Shown in pieces: positions 50,611-61,459 of a stretch of 64,000 nucleotides of DNA (position 1 is its first letter; each line of letters opens with the position of its first letter). Under the pieces are notes generated by a model, which made no database searches, had not been told where the DNA came from, and saw nothing but the letters and a program-made list of their open reading frames with translations. Location: positions 62,744,001-62,808,000 of the forward strand of contig NC_042999.1 of the NCBI RefSeq assembly GCF_006345805.1, in the 5' to 3' direction. This stretch comes from Octopus sinensis. Lineage: Eukaryota. The position numbers and the translations under genes are program-made.

Positions 50611-50922
50611 TATAATATTATTAGAGACTAAACCACTATTTTGCAAAACAAACAAGGAAAGACTTAATCAATACATAAAATTTTAATAAAAAGTCAAAAA
50701 AACCGCCACTACAATTGTTACTTGTCTTGATCGACAATCTTCAGATGGACTTCCAATAAGTCAGTTTCAAGACTTATTGGAAGTCCACCTGAAGATTGTC
50801 GATCAAGACAAGAAACAATTGTAGTGGCGGTTTTTTTGACTTTTTATTAAAATTTTATGTATTGATTAAGTCTTTCCTTGTTTGTTTTGCAAAATAGTGG
50901 TTTTGTCTCTAATAATATTATA
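50611..50922. repeat. Near-perfect palindrome: 152 bp arms, 8 nt loop, 3 mismatches
   Basis: The arms are 50611-50762 and 50771-50922, and the loop is AGTTTCAA. The mismatches are 50629/50904, 50720/50813 and 50745/50788. Confidence 0.95.
50785..50827 (+). ncRNA. Minimal type I hammerhead, fully canonical core (HH-d), sense in PDHA intron 6
   Basis: CCAC CTGAAGA TTGTC gatcaa GACAA GAA ACAATTGT A GTGG. Stem I is 4 bp, stem II is 5 bp, stem III is the palindrome ACAAUUGU, and the predicted cleavage is after A50823. The mirror copy at 50706-50748 (-) has GAAA changed to GTAA. Confidence 0.8.
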
Positions 50923-50937
50923 TATATATAAATATAT

Positions 50938-51066
50938 AACAATTACAGCGTGGAAAGTATTTATAAGCCATTTAAGAAACACACAAAAACCATTTGTTGA
51001 AGTGAATCTAAAGGTTTTTGTGTGTTTCTTAAATGGCTTATAAACACCTTCCACGCTGCAATTGTT
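50938..51066. repeat. Second hairpin: 54 bp arms, 21 nt loop
   Basis: 50938-50991 is inverted to 51013-51066 with three mismatches. Confidence 0.92.
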
Positions 51067-51122
51067 TTCGTTTCCACACACGATCTCAGATCAGGTCACT
51101 TGTTATGCAAGTACATCTCCGT

Positions 51123-51159
<37 letters not shown>

Positions 51160-51162
<3 letters not shown>

Positions 51163-51360
51163 ACCGCGTGTGTATCGTTGGCAATTTTCTTTCTCCGTCT
51201 TCCCTTCCTTAGACCATTCCTTTTTCTATGTTTCTGACGAAGAGCTCCACTCAAAACGTTAAATCCTTCTTTCTTTCCTTTCTTGAGTGCTCAATAACAC
51301 TATACTTGTTCCGCGTCCTCGCATTGTTGTGTTTTCTCTTTGTTCATGTTTGGATTAACT
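51160..51360 (+). mobile_element. HH-a mini-element in (TA)n
   Basis: GTTT CTGACGA A GAGC tcc ACTC AAA ACGT T AAAT at 51230-51264 (G12 changed to A); the body matches 9997-10205. Confidence 0.8.
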
Positions 51361-51679
51361 ATATATATACATATATATATATATTTGGCCAGAATCACAC
51401 CAGATGCAGAGGAAGAAAGAAAATAGTAATTCAGGGAAGGAGAAGTAGTGAGAGTAATAGCCCTGACTGAGAGGGAGCGAGAGAAAGTAATAGCAATGAG
51501 AGAAAGGAAGGAGTGGGAAAAAAAATCAGCGTTTCGACTCTGAGTATATGTGTGTATGTGTACAAGGGAAGTATGTGAATGTTTGTGTGATTATTGTGTA
51601 CCTTATTTATATACAAATACTACAATTGGCTGTCATTATTGATTGATCGTGGTCAGCTAGTATATATGTGTGTATATAT

Positions 51680-52230
51680 CATCATCATCATCATTTAACG
51701 TCCGCTTTCCATGCTAGCATGGGTTGGACGGTTCAACTGGGGTCTGGGGAGCCCGAAAGCTGCACCAGTCCAGTCAGATCTGGCAGTGTTTCTACAGCTG
51801 GATGCCCTTCCTAACGCCAACCACTCCGAGAGTGTAGTGGGTGATTTTATGTGCCACCGACACAGGTGCCAGACGAGGCTGGCAAACGGCCACGCTCGGA
51901 TGGTGTTTTTTATGTGCCACCGACACAGGTGCCAGACGAGGCTGGCAGACGGCCACACTCGGATGGTGTTTTTATGTGCCACCGACACAGGTGCCAGATG
52001 AGGCTGGCAAACGGCCACGATCGGATGGTGCTTGTTACGTGCCCACAGCACGGAGGACAGTCGATGCGGTACTGGCTACGGCCACGTTCGGATGGTTTTC
52101 TTGTGTGCCACGTGCCACCGGCACTGGTACCACAAAGATACAAATTCCATTGATGTTCATCTATTTTGATTTGTTTTGATTTTCACTTGCCTCAACAGGT
52201 CTTCACAAGTGTCACAAGAAGGAAGGTATA
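51680..52230 (-). mobile_element. RTE 3'-end copy with three near-identical, about 62 bp internal units
   Basis: TTTTATGTGCCACCGACACAGGTGCCAGA.GAGGCTGGCA.ACGGCCAC repeated three times at about 51845-52030. Confidence 0.85.
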
Positions 52231-52558
52231 CATATATCAATTCACTTAAACTAGTTGAGATGGTTGGCACTTCTCATTTGCAGTATCTTTTAATAATGTG
52301 ACAATAAAAGACATTTTTGCTGTCACATTCAACTTCAGTGAAAAAATGATCTGATAATTATTCATTTATTCTCATAATTATTCATTTAATATTGCCTGTT
52401 TTCTGTTATATTTTTTGTATTCATTTGCATATCCACACACATGTACTCATGGAGTGCATGCACACACTGCAGTAGACATGCACATAAAAACACATGTTCA
52501 TGCAAATTATATGCACATATAGATATGGATTAAGCTACAATGATTTCATTTGTTACAG

Positions 52559-52695
52559 GTTGATGGTATGGATGTATTAGCAGTTAGAGAAGCCACAAGA
52601 TTTGCCCGACGCTATGCTCTTAAACAAGGTCCCATCCTCTTAGAGTGTGTTACTTACCGTTACCATGGTCACAGTATGAGTGACCCGGGAACAAG
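52559..52695 (+). CDS. PDHA1: PDHA exon 7 (137 nt), phosphorylation loop
   Basis: ttacag|[45 protein letters not shown] ag|gttgga; contains the [10 protein letters not shown] site-1 motif. Confidence 0.98.
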
Positions 52696-52904
52696 GTTGG
52701 ATTGTATTTTTTTTCCTCTTTTATTTTGTCCTAGTAATAATTTTTTTTGCAATTAACATTTTCATTATTGGAAGAAATTTTGAAAATCACTTGTATAAAA
52801 TTGGGTGTTTGTGGTGAGGTGTGTGCGTGTATGTGAGGCTATGAATGTAATAGGCATTTAGAAACCATAAAGAATAAGGGGAAAGAAGGGGAATATTATA
52901 ATAA

Positions 52905-53155
52905 TATTAATGAAATTATTGTATACAGTGCTCAGGTGCACCACAACTTGTCAAAAGTGCATATAAAGTATATGCACTAATGTACAAATGTCTGGAAAGC
53001 AAACTGTGTATGAGTCAGATACATGCTTGCGTGTGTATGGAGGGGAGAAAATCAGGTGTAGTGTTGGCGAATCTCAGGAAGCATGGAAGTTTTGAAGGAT
53101 GCAGTGCTCCGACAACTGATGCCGGCAGTCTGTTCCATGCTTCAGCAACTCTTAG
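52905..53155 (-). mobile_element. CR1 3' end
   Basis: TLRVAEAWNRLPASVV; same family as 13024. Confidence 0.85.
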
Positions 53156-53861
53156 AGTGGCTGAAGGGACTGAGTGTGAAACAGGATTAAAAATAGAGAA
53201 AGTGATAATGGGACATGCTGCAATGAAGGGAGAGAGAGAGAGAGAGATGTTACTATAGACAGACAGCCAGACAAACAGGAGTAGAAAGATTGATATACTA
53301 CTAATACCAATGGGTCTTTTGTTGATTTTTACCAATGATATCTCAGTTGTTTGATCCAGTGAACTACTTATGCATTAAATTACGTATTCTACAGAGGCAT
53401 TCCATTATCTTAATGTAATTCTTAGATAAAAGCAGTCTGTAACAATTCTGAGCCTTTGAATTATAGCCACAGCATATCCAATGAGTTGTTATACAGTGTC
53501 TGTCTGTTTGATTTCACTCACCAAGGCTTAAGTTAAATTCGAGGATATGACAAAAGAGGCTTTCATAAAGGTGTAGCAGAGTGGGATTGAGTCCAGAACA
53601 TCATGACTGAAAGCAAACATTTTAGCTGTCCACTCTGTATCATGTGATCACCATACACTTGAAGAGAATTATCATAGTTGTTTTATTGAGTCCGGAAGAA
53701 TTAGCCAAATTGTCCACTCTGGTGTGATTTTTAACTCTGAATGTAAAGAGCCCTAACTAAATGTTTGTAAGATATTTAATCTAATATTCCTTTATTGCTA
53801 TTTATATAATACAAGACTACAAAAAAATTTTGTCACAAGTGGGAGATAAAATATGGTTCTA

Positions 53862-54115
53862 GGCCCCCGTGCCAGTAGCACGTAAAAGCACCATCCGTTC
53901 GTGGCCGTTTGCCAGCTTTGTCTGGCACCTGTGCAGGTGGCACGTAAAAAGCACCCACTACACTCACGGAGTGGTTGGCGTTAGGAAGGGCATCCAGCCG
54001 TAGAAACACTGCCAAATCTGACTGGGCCTGATGAAGCCTCCCGGCTTCACAGACCCCAGTTAAACCGTCCAACCCATGCTAGCATGGAAAACGGACGCTA
54101 AATGATGATGATGAT
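53862..54115 (+). mobile_element. RTE 3'-end copy
   Basis: Ends CCAACCCATGCTAGCATGGAAAACGGACGCTAAATGATGATG. Confidence 0.85.
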
Positions 54116-54247
54116 GTGGTGAGCTGGCGAAATCATTAGCATGCTGGACAAAATGTTTAGTGACATTTTATCCATTTTTATGTTCTGTGTTCAAATTCTA
54201 TCAATGCCAGCTTTGCCTTTCATCCTTTTGGGGTTAATGAAATAGTA

Positions 54248-54787
54248 GTAGGTTGTCCGGAAAGTTTGTGCTGACTTTTAAAGGAAAGAAAAAAGTCAAT
54301 AAATACTTGCCATTACCCAAGCTTTACCAGGTGCTCATGAACGACAGATTTTGATAGTTTGAGGGTTTCTGCCAATTCTCGGGTTATTCTCAATTAATGA
54401 CTTGATTTGGTCATCATCTGTAGTGGATGGTCTGCCTGATCGCTCTTTATCAATAAGGCTACAATCGACAGCTCAGAACCTTACGAACCACTTCTGTACA
54501 GTTCTTTCGGATAAAGAAACATAACCGTAAACTGTGCATATTTCTTTGGCTGCTTGTGAGGCATTTTTCCCTTTACGGAAAAAGAAAAGCATCAAGTGCC
54601 GAAATTGAACTTATCTTCCATTTTAAAGGGTTACAGAATTAACACAGGTTATAGGAACGAAAAGATAGCCTAAACTGTGCTCTAAATGGAGGTGTAGTCA
54701 AATCCTATTTAATGGACTCAAACATGTTCTAAAATAATTCGAAAGGTAAGCTACCATAAAACGGCACGAACTTTCCGGACAACCCAA
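54248..54787. mobile_element. Internally deleted mariner (540 bp) inserted at TA in a family C SINE
   Basis: TIRs GGTTGTCCGGAAAGTTTGTGCTG / CGGCACGAACTTTCCGGACAACCC; the SINE resumes after the TA. Confidence 0.8.
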
Positions 54788-55206
54788 TAGTAGGTTGAGC
54801 ACTAGGATCACTGTAATCAACTAGCATCCCACTCACCAAATTTCGGGCCTTGTGCCTATAGTAGAAAGGATTATTATTATTATAGGTGTAGCTGTGGCTG
54901 TGTGGTTAGGAAGCTTATTTCCCAACTACGTGGTCTTGTGTTCAGCTTTACAGTACAATGCCTTCAGTGTCTTCTATTATAGTTCCAGGCCAACAAAAGA
55001 CTTGTGAGTGGATTTGGTGTGTTTGTGTGTACTCTTCTGTAATCATCATATGATAGCCAATGTTCCAAGGAAATGTCTGGCCATGGGAAAAATTAGCTTA
55101 CTTGGAAACAGGTGAGGGTCGGCAACAGGAAGGGCATCCAGCTGTCAAAAATTCTGCCTCAACAAATTTTGTCTGACTCATGTATGTATAGAAAAGTAGA
55201 CATTAA

Positions 55207-55719
55207 CCCCTTGACGCCGGTATTACTTGAAGCATTCAAGACACTGCTCCGTTTTTTTTTATCTGATGAGGCCACACAAACACAAGTGCCAACGAGCTCG
55301 CATCTACGTTCACTGTTACAATAACATAGTGTCTTACATTTACATGTGCCGGTTTATGAAAACGAACTATGTGAAGCTATTTATCATAATATGATATGCA
55401 TGAGTTATTCTGCTCAAGTTAAAAAAATAGCTTGCGTGTGGTACAACTTGAAACACGGTATTATGCATGTAAAGTATCCACATGTCATTGGTCTACTGCT
55501 AGTCTCATGACTTGAACGTAACCTAAAATTAAGATAATGCACGGGATGGCGTGCGCACGCACCTCAAGAGATAATGTACACAATAGTGAATGTAAACATA
55601 CATCAGCCGCTAAAAAGTCTGTGATAGATGTAGGGCAGCTCTACATCGTATATTTATGTTAACCACGGGTGGGCAAGCAAAGGTGTGATCGCATATTTGC
55701 GTCAACCGTTGTCAAGGGG
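55207..55719. mobile_element. piggyBac-type MITE, 513 bp
   Basis: TTAA|CCCCTTGACGCCGG ... CCGTTGTCAAGGGG|TTAA. Confidence 0.8.
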
Positions 55720-55807
55720 TTAAGTGATGATTATTATTATTTTGTTAACAAATTTTCATGCTGCTAACATTTTCTACTACTAAGACGCTATTTTCTGTGT
55801 ATTATAG

Positions 55808-55916
55808 TTACCGTACAAGAGCAGAAATTCAAGAAGTAAGAGAAAAAAGGGACCCCATTTCAGCACTGAAAGAACGTATGTTGTCTAATAATCTAGCTGC
55901 TGCTGATGAACTTAAG
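55808..55916 (+). CDS. PDHA1: PDHA exon 8 (109 nt)
   Basis: attatag|(S)[36 protein letters not shown]|gtaagt. Confidence 0.97.
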
Positions 55917-56169
55917 GTAAGTTAGAAACAACTACAAAACAGGAAAATGTCACTCTGTCTCAAGTAGTGTGTTCAAGATCAATGTTGATGGCTATTCTCT
56001 CATAGCTCAGGTCCTTGAAACATAACAAAGGGTTTGAATTGATGCCATGAGTTTGTAGTTCAAAACAATTACACTAAGATATTTATATCTTTGCTATAAA
56101 TTTATTTATGTGGATTTCTTCTGCTTTCATTTTACTATTATTGACATTAAAAATATTAATGTAAAAAGC

Positions 56170-56477
56170 ATTTACGTAAAAAGCACCATCCGAACGTGTC
56201 TGATGCCAGCGCCGCCTTGACTGGCTTCCGTGCCAGTGGCACATAAAAAGCACCAACTGATCATGGCCATTGCCAGCCTCCCTTGGCACCCGTGCCAGTG
56301 GCACATAAAAAGCACCCACTACACTCACAGAGTGGTTGGCATTAGGAAGGGCATCCAGCTGTAGAAATACTGCCAGATCAGACCGGAGCCTGGTGCAGCC
56401 TCCTGGCTTCCCAGACCCCAGTCAAACCGTCCAACCCATGCTCGCATGGAAAATGGACATTAAACGATGACGATGAT
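56170..56477 (+). mobile_element. RTE 3'-end copy
   Basis: Same family, with a (GAT/GAC)n tail. Confidence 0.8.
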
Positions 56478-57000
56478 TTACTTTAAAATTGAAAAGTTTC
56501 TCTAACAATATTTTTAAAATGGTGTAAGAGAAAAACAATTGTCTCTGTAACTCACTGTTGATAGTGTAGCATATGTAATTTTTTAGAAAAACTGTGAGTT
56601 GGACAGATAGATATATTCAAATTTAGCTTTAAAACTAAAATTGCATAATACAATCATTATAATGTGACTGAGTGCAATAAATAAATATATATTTTCTATC
56701 TGAATTAAATGTCCTTTTCAAGTGATGCCAAACGTTTTGCTCTTTCATTTTTACTTGAATCTATATCTGCCTGCTCAAGGAAAAACCACTTCTAGCTACC
56801 TCTAATTGACATTTTCCAGTTGCAGTTCAGGCTGAGCATTCATCGTACACACCTATTACATCAGTTGACACAAACTCCTTATATATTCTATATCAATGCT
56901 TACATGGTTCTGTATGCACCCAATTCACCCACATAGCCCACCCATCAATTTCAGCCAATTTTAATGTATAGCTGATTTTATTCTAGAATATATACTCTTT

Positions 57001-57372
57001 TACTTGTTTCAGTCATTTGACTGCAGCCATGCTGGAGCACCGCCTTTAGTCGAGCAAATCGACCCCAGGACTTATTCTTTGGAAGCCTAGTACTTATTCT
57101 ATTGTTCTCTTTTGCCGAACTGCTAAGTTACGGGGACGTAAACACACCAGCATCGGTTGTCAAGCGATGTTGGGAGGACAAACACAGACACACATATATA
57201 TACATATATACGACAGGCTTCTTTCAGTTTCCGTCTACCAGATCCACTCACAAGGCTTTGGTCAACCCAAGGCTATAGTGGAAGATGCCCAAGGTGCCAT
57301 GAAGTGGGAATGAACCCAAAACCATGTGGTTGGTAAGCAAGCCATTTACCACACATCCACTCCTACGCCTAT
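57001..57372 (-). mobile_element. SINE family A copy
   Basis: Reverse complement of the 4114 family. Confidence 0.85.
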
Positions 57373-58115
57373 ATATTTACAAATTTGTAAACAAATCCAA
57401 AGGCTGTAAATTATGTAGAAGAGCGACACATAGGTCCTTTCTAATAACTATAATTATATATTATTTACAATAATATATGCTCCATTTAAAGCAACTAAAT
57501 GTAAACAATTGACGGGAAAAAAATTTTGGATTGCTCAGATTCCATCATCGCTTGGCCTTTTGTTACACATTTTTGGTGGGGATACTTTCAAGCTAGGCAG
57601 GCAGTGGAGGAAAAAAAAATGAATAATTTTGAGTATTGCAAATTTGAACTCCTGATCTGAGGCCAATTGTTTAAAATCTTAATTATGCAGCTTCTCAATT
57701 GTCTTTATGTAAGTTATGATGAACCTAATACTCGTTAGTGACTATATGGTGAAAAAACAGTAAAGGCAATTGCTGATTTAGATTTTAAAAACAAATGTAG
57801 ATAAACTATCTTTTTAAAATGTATTTTATGAAAAATCTTTATGAAGTGAGATTTATTTTAAAGATATTTTGTACTTGTAATAGATACAGCCAAATGAAAA
57901 AAAAAAGTGGGATGGAATTTCAATAACATGGAAGATAGTGTTATCAATGCTCATTGCTTAATAGAATCAAATCTACCAAGCTATTTGTTGTTGCTAATCA
58001 ACAAGCAATACGATACACTATATTAGAATATGATAGATTTCTGCTCTAACCCTAGCTTTTGCTCTAACAGAATATATATATAGTTTCGCATAAAATTGTT
58101 AATATAAGAAATTAA

Positions 58116-58303
58116 CGATTTTGTTACCATATTTCTGTTAAATTATTCTGACTTTGCTATAATTAATTTAGAAAATAACTCATTAACTGGGGTTTGGAAC
58201 ATAAATGTAATCTTAATGGAAGGTTTAAATTCATATCACTTTAAAGCAAGGAGTTTGTATTCTACAACCAAGGCCAGTCTTAAGTGGGTTGGTATCGAAA
58301 GGG
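58116..58303. mobile_element. piggyBac-type MITE, 188 bp
   Basis: TTAA|CGATTTTGTTAC ... GGTATCGAAAGGG|TTAA; the reverse of the 47893 family. Confidence 0.7.
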
Positions 58304-58345
58304 TTAAATGTAAAATTTATATATCATTCTTTTTTTTCCTTTCAG

Positions 58346-58510
58346 AAAATTGACCTTGGAGTACGAAAAGAAGTTGATGTTGCAGTAACTGCGGCTAAAG
58401 CTGACCCAGAGCTGCCTATAGAAGAACTATACACACATGTATATAAAAACCCGCCTAGTGGAATGAAAATACGTGGCTGTGATAATTATTCATACAATGC
58501 AACAATGTAG
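58346..58510 (+). CDS. PDHA1: PDHA exon 9, terminal (165 nt including stop)
   Basis: tttcag|KIDLGVRKEVDVAVTAAKADPELPIEELYTHVYKNPPSGMKIRGCDNYSYNATM*. Confidence 0.95.
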   Translation, partial: KIDLGVRKEVDVAVTAAKADPELPIEELYTHVYKNPPSGMKIRGCDNYSYNATM

Positions 58511-59383
58511 AAAATGTAGCTTGTTTTCCACTCCCATTGAGAAAGAAGGAAGGCCATGAATCAAAATATTGGTCCTTGTCATCAAGAAACACTAGGCTTT
58601 GAAATATAACTTAAATCATCTTCAGTTGACCTCTAAGATAAGAAGGTGGACTACATAATACGTAATTTTGAGATTAAACAATTTTCTTGGGGTATATCTG
58701 AAATTGTGTTTTTATCCAATTCTTTTAGTTGGACTTTTCCCTTTTTAGAATTTTTAAAAAAGAGCTTACTTTTTGTCTTGTCTACACAAGCAAGCATGAA
58801 AAAAATGAATATTTGTTGCAGATATTTTGTACAGCTGGATTCCCTTCCATGTTGCTAACAATTTGGTTAGGAAGAAAGAATTAGAACTGTTTTTATATTC
58901 GTTAGGCAAGGAAAAGTGAGTAAATTGTCCTTTTCTAATATTGATGTTTGTATATCTGACCAAGTTTTTTAAAATAATAGCTGGTTGTTTTGTTTTCTCT
59001 GCCAATTATTGATTTTATGTTGAAGTAAAAAAAATTGGAAAAAGCTCTGCTAATATGATTTATCTTAAATGTATCGTTTAAAGATTGTACCCTAGTGGTT
59101 GACCTCCATTTAAATTAGTCAAGTTCAGTTGTATAAACAAAAAAATCCAAATATTTTAACATTTCCCTCACCAAGTCAGACACACTTCACATTTCTAATC
59201 GACTGCTTTGAATATGTTACTTTAGCTGATAGAATTTAGTTAAGAAAAAGAATGAACACAGATTGTATGAAAATAGCTTTATTGCTAGAACTTTTAATAT
59301 GTACAATTTTACATCACAGTCAGTGTCTATTTGTTTCAATAGGAACTGATAAATATACAAAGCAATACACTTCTTCTAAACAG

Positions 59384-59389
59384 AATAAA
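59384..59389 (+). terminator. Candidate PDHA polyadenylation signal AATAAA
   Basis: The first AATAAA I found after the stop codon. Confidence 0.35.
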
Positions 59390-61459
59390 CTATGCCAGTG
59401 TGATTACTATTATTAGTTTCTAGGACATATTTAAATATTCTAGAGGACACATCTGTTATTTGGCTCTTTTTTGTTGTTTTTTTTAATTCTAGCACCTCCA
59501 TTATTTCATTCAATTAAACAGCTTTACTAATGAAAGCAAATCAATACCCAGTAGTTTAAAAAACCTTAAGCAACTTACCTAATTAGTGTGGCATTAGAAG
59601 AAATATTTAAATATCTAAATAACAAAATACTCAGCCATAAACATGGAGATCTTACAAGTGATGCAACACTGAATCGCTCATTCTGATGGTCAAAATTGCT
59701 TCTATAGAATGCAATGAAATTTTTCAATGCGTTCAGATTTCAAAGGTTTTTAATGATACCAATTAAGAGAGGAAGGTATATTGCTACATATAAATATTGA
59801 CTTCTAACATAAGCAGAGGGCCATACATTTTAGAGGTGGATAGAATAGATTAAATCAACTTTAGAACTTAACGAATAATTTGTTTCACGAACCCAGAAAG
59901 GTGAAGTTGACCTCAGCAGGATTTGAACTCAGAATGTGAAAGGCTGTAAATATGCCACAAGACAATTTTAGCTAATGCTCAGATAACGACATTTCTATTT
60001 CTTAAATGAAATTACAGTTACTTAGAGAGAATTGTGCACTCCAAGTACTATAGCAGTAACTAAGAAAGCTTAACAGTTTGTGATAGCTTTTTGATAAACT
60101 CACTTGAAACTTGTACATATAGTCTTGACAGTTTCATTAAATGTGTATTTGCTTTGCTACTAATCTGTTTATTGTGACACTTGTTAGTGAATAACAAAGG
60201 ATAATAGCAATTAAACTTACTCACAGCACACTTCTTTTATTTTCAAATCTCAATTCTTTTTACATTAACCATATATATATATGGTTTGAAAGCAAATATT
60301 ATGTAACGCACACACTTATCACAGTTACAGCCAACTCTGTACAGTTTTAATCCAGTTTGTTTTTTTATCTCTCTCTGCATGGAGAACCACATCTGGTGAC
60401 TTCTTACATTTGCATAGATGAGAGCTTTGAACTCACATTAGCTGATCAGAAAATGTATCTATGGATTCTTGAGTCAGTATATCAAATTGAAACTAATTTG
60501 GTGTGCAAACACAACAAACCAGTTTATAAATATACATATCTTCACATATATATACATATATACAATAAAGACAACAGTTTGAAGAATATATAACAGAAAT
60601 AGTAACTAACCAGAAATGTATTCTTTTGGTAACGGTCTATCACATGAGCTATGAAATAATATCGTTCTACAGATCATGCTATCATTATTTGCATCAGTCT
60701 CACTCCACATTCAGTCTTGATAAATACTGAAAAATTATTCGTTTACAAACTCTTACAATAACATTATACTTAAATTAATAATCAACTAAAAGTGAAATGC
60801 TCTTTTATAGTCCTCACAGAAAAGATTTCCAGAAACTGAAATTTCTTAAATAAAAAAAAAAAAAGTAAAGTCACATGTAATAGTTAATTCAAAAATTAAT
60901 TTACAGCTTCACCATGAATGAAATATCTCTTATTTAACATATATTTACAAGGAGACATCTCATGGTTAAAGTTGTATCAACTTTTGTGATATGAACCAAT
61001 TGTGAAAGGCATATTTATTCCAGTCTTTATGAGAGATAACTGCAATTCACTTATTTTAAAAATGATTTGTGATTTCTCTTTCAAGGTGGGCTGGGAGCAA
61101 GAAGAGTTGGAGGGTGTCTCTCCTTTTACTAGCACCTGTCGTTTCTCTTTGGATTGACAGATAATACCAATCTTCTTAATAATGCTAATCTGCATGTGAA
61201 TATAAACAATTTTGTATGTTGTTATGTGTATAAACAGGCACGATGGTAGATTAAACTCAACAAACTACAGCATTTCCTGAAGATTTGCTTTGGTTCTGTT
61301 GCAGCCGATTTTTCAGTTCCTTCCAATATAAGTATATTCCTCAAGGACAAGAACTAATTTAAATGTATTTTCATTTGGTGAAATGTAAAAGGTTCAATTT
61401 TCATTTCCAAGTCCCAACCGATGAGAACTTTAGGTACAGATTTTAGTGTCAGATGGTGG

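Noticed and set aside
51845-52030. CRISPR-like array
   Set aside because: The units are contiguous near-identical repeats without unique spacers, inside a eukaryotic retroelement; no cas genes are present.
55263-55300. CTGATGAG-GGC...GCC as another hammerhead
   Set aside because: There is no GAAA after the putative stem II and no stem I/III pairing; it lies in a piggyBac MITE. CTGATGA at about 2306 and 63426 was rejected for the same reason.
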